NCBI GenBank assembly: GCA_963845755.1
Contig: CAWJTV010000033.1
Span: 64,001-128,000, forward strand
Length of the DNA stretch: 64,000 nucleotides
Origin: an uncultured Planctomycetota bacterium
GTDB taxonomy: Bacteria > Planctomycetota > Planctomycetia > Isosphaerales > Isosphaeraceae
Reading direction: 5' to 3'
The translations under genes were made by a program, and so were the position numbers. This document shows positions 61,476 to 64,000 of the stretch, in pieces (the first letter of the stretch is position 1; each line of letters starts with the position of its first letter). The notes beneath the pieces were generated by a model, which ran no database searches, was not told the origin of the DNA, and saw only the letters and a list, made by a program, of their open reading frames with translations.

Positions 61476-64000
61476 ATGAGCACTACATCATTGACCGATA
61501 ACCTTCCGACCCCGTTCGAGCCGCTGAAGCACCAGCTCCTGGCGGCTGCGGAGGCGTTTGCCGATGATGCGCAGGCCCTGGCCGCGATCCTCGGCGGACT
61601 CGTCGACGATGTCGAGCGCGCCGGCCGCGAGCCGCTCGAGATCTTCCCGGTCTGCCACCACTCGCCATCGTCGGCCCTCCACATGGTCCGGAGACTCGCG
61701 GGCGCGCGCCGCGAGTCATCTTCATGGAGTGCTGCGAGGACCTACGTCCCGTGCTCGATGGGCTCCGCGAGTGCAAGCTACCCGTTGCGCTCCAGGCGTT
61801 CGCGTCGACGTCCGATGCCTTCCCATCCTCGTGGTTTCCGCTGAACCTCGTCTGCCCGCTGACGGAGTTCTCCGCCGAGTTCCAGGCGATCGCCTTCGCC
61901 CTGGAGGGTAAGGAGACGGAGCTGGTCTTCGTGGATCGTTCGGCCGACCACGTATTCCAGGGGATGCCGCGTGAAGACGATGCCGTCGAGAAGGCCATCC
62001 CGTCCCCGGCGGAACCCGACGACGAGGACGCCGCCATGCACGGCTCGGCGGTCGGGGTCGAGATCGGCGCCCTGGTCCCGACCTACGAGCGGTTTCGCCA
62101 GCTCCTGCTCAAGAACGCGAGAGTCAGCCATTTCAGCGAGTGGTGGGACCAGTACGTCGAGGAAGCGGTGATCGACGGCGATTATCCTTCGTACCGTCAG
62201 GTGATGTTCCTGATCGGCAGCCTGTTCCGTCGCCTGGGTTCCACCGCAGCCGACGTGGACCGTGACGAGCTTCGCGAGCGTCACATGTGGACGCGTATCA
62301 AGCAACACTTACGCGAGCGATCGGTGGATCCCCGCGACTGCATCTACATCTGCGGCGCGGCCCACTCTGCCAGCCGGGTCCCCGAGTTTGGGACCGACAA
62401 CGATGAGCTCTGGGAGATCCCGCCGCGAACCGACACCGCGTGGCTCTACGGTCTCATTCCCAGCAGCTACGGTGCGATCTGCCATCAGTTCGCTCATCCG
62501 CGTGGCGCCGTCACGCTCGCGGAGGCCCGCTGGCGCAGGAGTCTCGCGAAGCAGAGCCTGCGGGCCTTCTCGCTCAAGCCGCGCCGCCGGAAGGAAGACG
62601 AGTCCGAGCCCGACAGCGATGTCGCCAGTCGCGAGCCCAGGATCGAAACGAAAGAAGTCCGCACGCGCGGCAACGCCCGCATCCGTCGCCCCGCAGGAAT
62701 CGGCTTCGGCGGAGCCCGACGCTACGCGATTACTCGCCTATCTCCAGGGTCCGCCGGCGTCGCTCGAGACCGACGAGGAGCAGCTCCTGCACAACTGCGT
62801 GCGGATTGTCGAGCTGGCCCGACGGCACGGCTATCTCGCCTCGGCGGCCGACAGCATCGCCGTCTATCAGACCGCCATTCTCCTGGCCAACATGAGGAAC
62901 CGCCGCCATCCGACTCCCTACGACTTCCGCGACGCGGCGGCCACCTGCATCGAGAAGGAGGTCGTACCCGGCAAGCGCAGCGTCGCGCGGCTCTGCGACA
63001 TCCTGCTCGGCGGCGACAAGGTCGGCCAGATTGGGTTCGACTCGATGCCGCCCCTGGCGCGCGATGTCTACGAACGACTGGCCGACCTGCCGATCCAACT
63101 GACGGCGCGGACCATCCAGCGCGCCCTCCTGGATTTCCGCAAGCGACCCGATCTCTTGCCGTGCTCGAGGTTGCTCTGGAAGCTGAGATATTTGCTGCCG
63201 CAGGACGTGGTCCGGCCGATCATGGGCCAGCACCAGCTCGGGCATGTCCCTCAGCAGGAGAGCTGGGACGTCGCCATCGGCAAGAACCAGGGCTCCGTGA
63301 TCCAGCTCGGCTACGAGGGCGTCACGGTCGAGTATGTCCTCGAACGGCGGCTCAAGAAGGCCGCCTTCGGACCGGACGCACGGACGGCCGAGGCCCTCCG
63401 CGCCGCCGAGGACAGCCTCCTGTTCCTCGAGAGCGAGCGGCTGACCGAAGAGCTCGGTGAGCGCGCCGTCGAGTTGCTGGTGCGAGAGCCCGACGTCCAG
63501 CAGGCGCGCGAGATCCATGCCCGGGTCACCCGGCTGGTCCACTACTACCGGACCACCGAGGCGGGGCTGCCCGCCTGGACGAGGTCCTTCATCACGACCG
63601 GTTACTCGCATTATGCGACGCTCTTGCCGAACGCCTTCGCCGATCGCGGAGTGAACCCCGCCGATCTGGCGGCGATGCTCCAGTTCATCTTCACCCTGGA
63701 GAGCCTGGCGCTGTCGCTCGGCTGCGAGCGGAGCCAGCTCGTGATCGCCGTCCGGCAAGGTGCCCTGGTCGCGACCGACCCGCCCAAGCTCGCGCTCCTC
63801 TGGACGGCCGAGTGCGTGCTCCGGCTGCGCGACGTGGCCAGCCTTCGCAGCCATTTCGACGCACTGATCGACAACGAGCTGTTGCTCCCCACCCTCCCCG
63901 ACTACCTCGGCGGGTTCTTGCTGGCGCTGGCCTTCACTCCGATGGTCGCCGGCCTGACCGTCGAGCTGCTGAGCAAGGCGTTCGAGCGACTGCCCGACCG
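61476..64000 (+). CDS. DUF5682 (YehM-like) family protein, partial; indels at ~61700 and ~62680
   Basis: FPVCHHSPSSA, MECCEDL, PLTEFSAEFQAI, EWWDQYVE, RERHM, YICGAAH, ARRHGYLASAADSIA; open at the window end. Confidence 0.82.

Noticed and set aside
6800..62700. Programmed ribosomal frameshifting in the split genes
   Set aside because: Breaks are too numerous, lack slippery heptamers and hit families not known to be recoded. Only the IS630 A8 run fits a programmed site.

Overview
GC-rich bacterial DNA, very probably a planctomycete of the Isosphaeraceae type, inferred from two DUF1559 prepilin-type genes, two DUF4058 genes, CxxCH/HEAT proteins and the intergenic repeats. More than 25 single-base indels interrupt genes, including the essential dnaE and also nuoL and pfk. 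This points to an unpolished long-read assembly, so most split genes are treated as intact. 1-23 kb is largely core: an Sm/LSm-fold gene, TPM protein, Xaa-Pro peptidase, accB-accC, probable PPi-dependent PFK, a stand-alone nuoL-nuoM pair, glycosylasparaginase plus a paralog remnant, two DUF1559/lipoprotein pairs and dnaE. 23.6-36.6 kb is catabolic: myo-inositol oxygenase, YjhG/YagF xylonate dehydratase, and a 4-/3-hydroxyproline operon coupled to a DPP-IV peptidase, interrupted by DUF4058 cassettes and an orphan AbrB gene. 36.7-45.2 kb holds twin membrane paralogs, a DUF3238-like lipoprotein, marR/VOC and a ~1500-aa secreted QW-barrel/CxxCH/HEAT/discoidin protein. 45.2-54.2 kb is an accessory island with IS630 and IS1182 remnants, general-stress genes behind two sigma54-type promoters, a PSD/PsiD-like decarboxylase, a putative uncharacterised toxin-antitoxin pair and an integrase remnant. 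54.5-64 kb has a HEAT protein and a SWIM-unknown-VWA-MoxR-DUF5682 (yehLMPQ-like) operon running off the window. The best candidates for undescribed biology are the AT-ending codon patch on the dnaE intein-site motif, the sigma54 stress island with its TA-like pair, the giant multidomain cytochrome-like protein, the MoxR/VWA/DUF5682 operon and the bacterial LSm-type gene. No rRNA, tRNA or CRISPR array was recognised. All family assignments come from motif recognition, not database searches.
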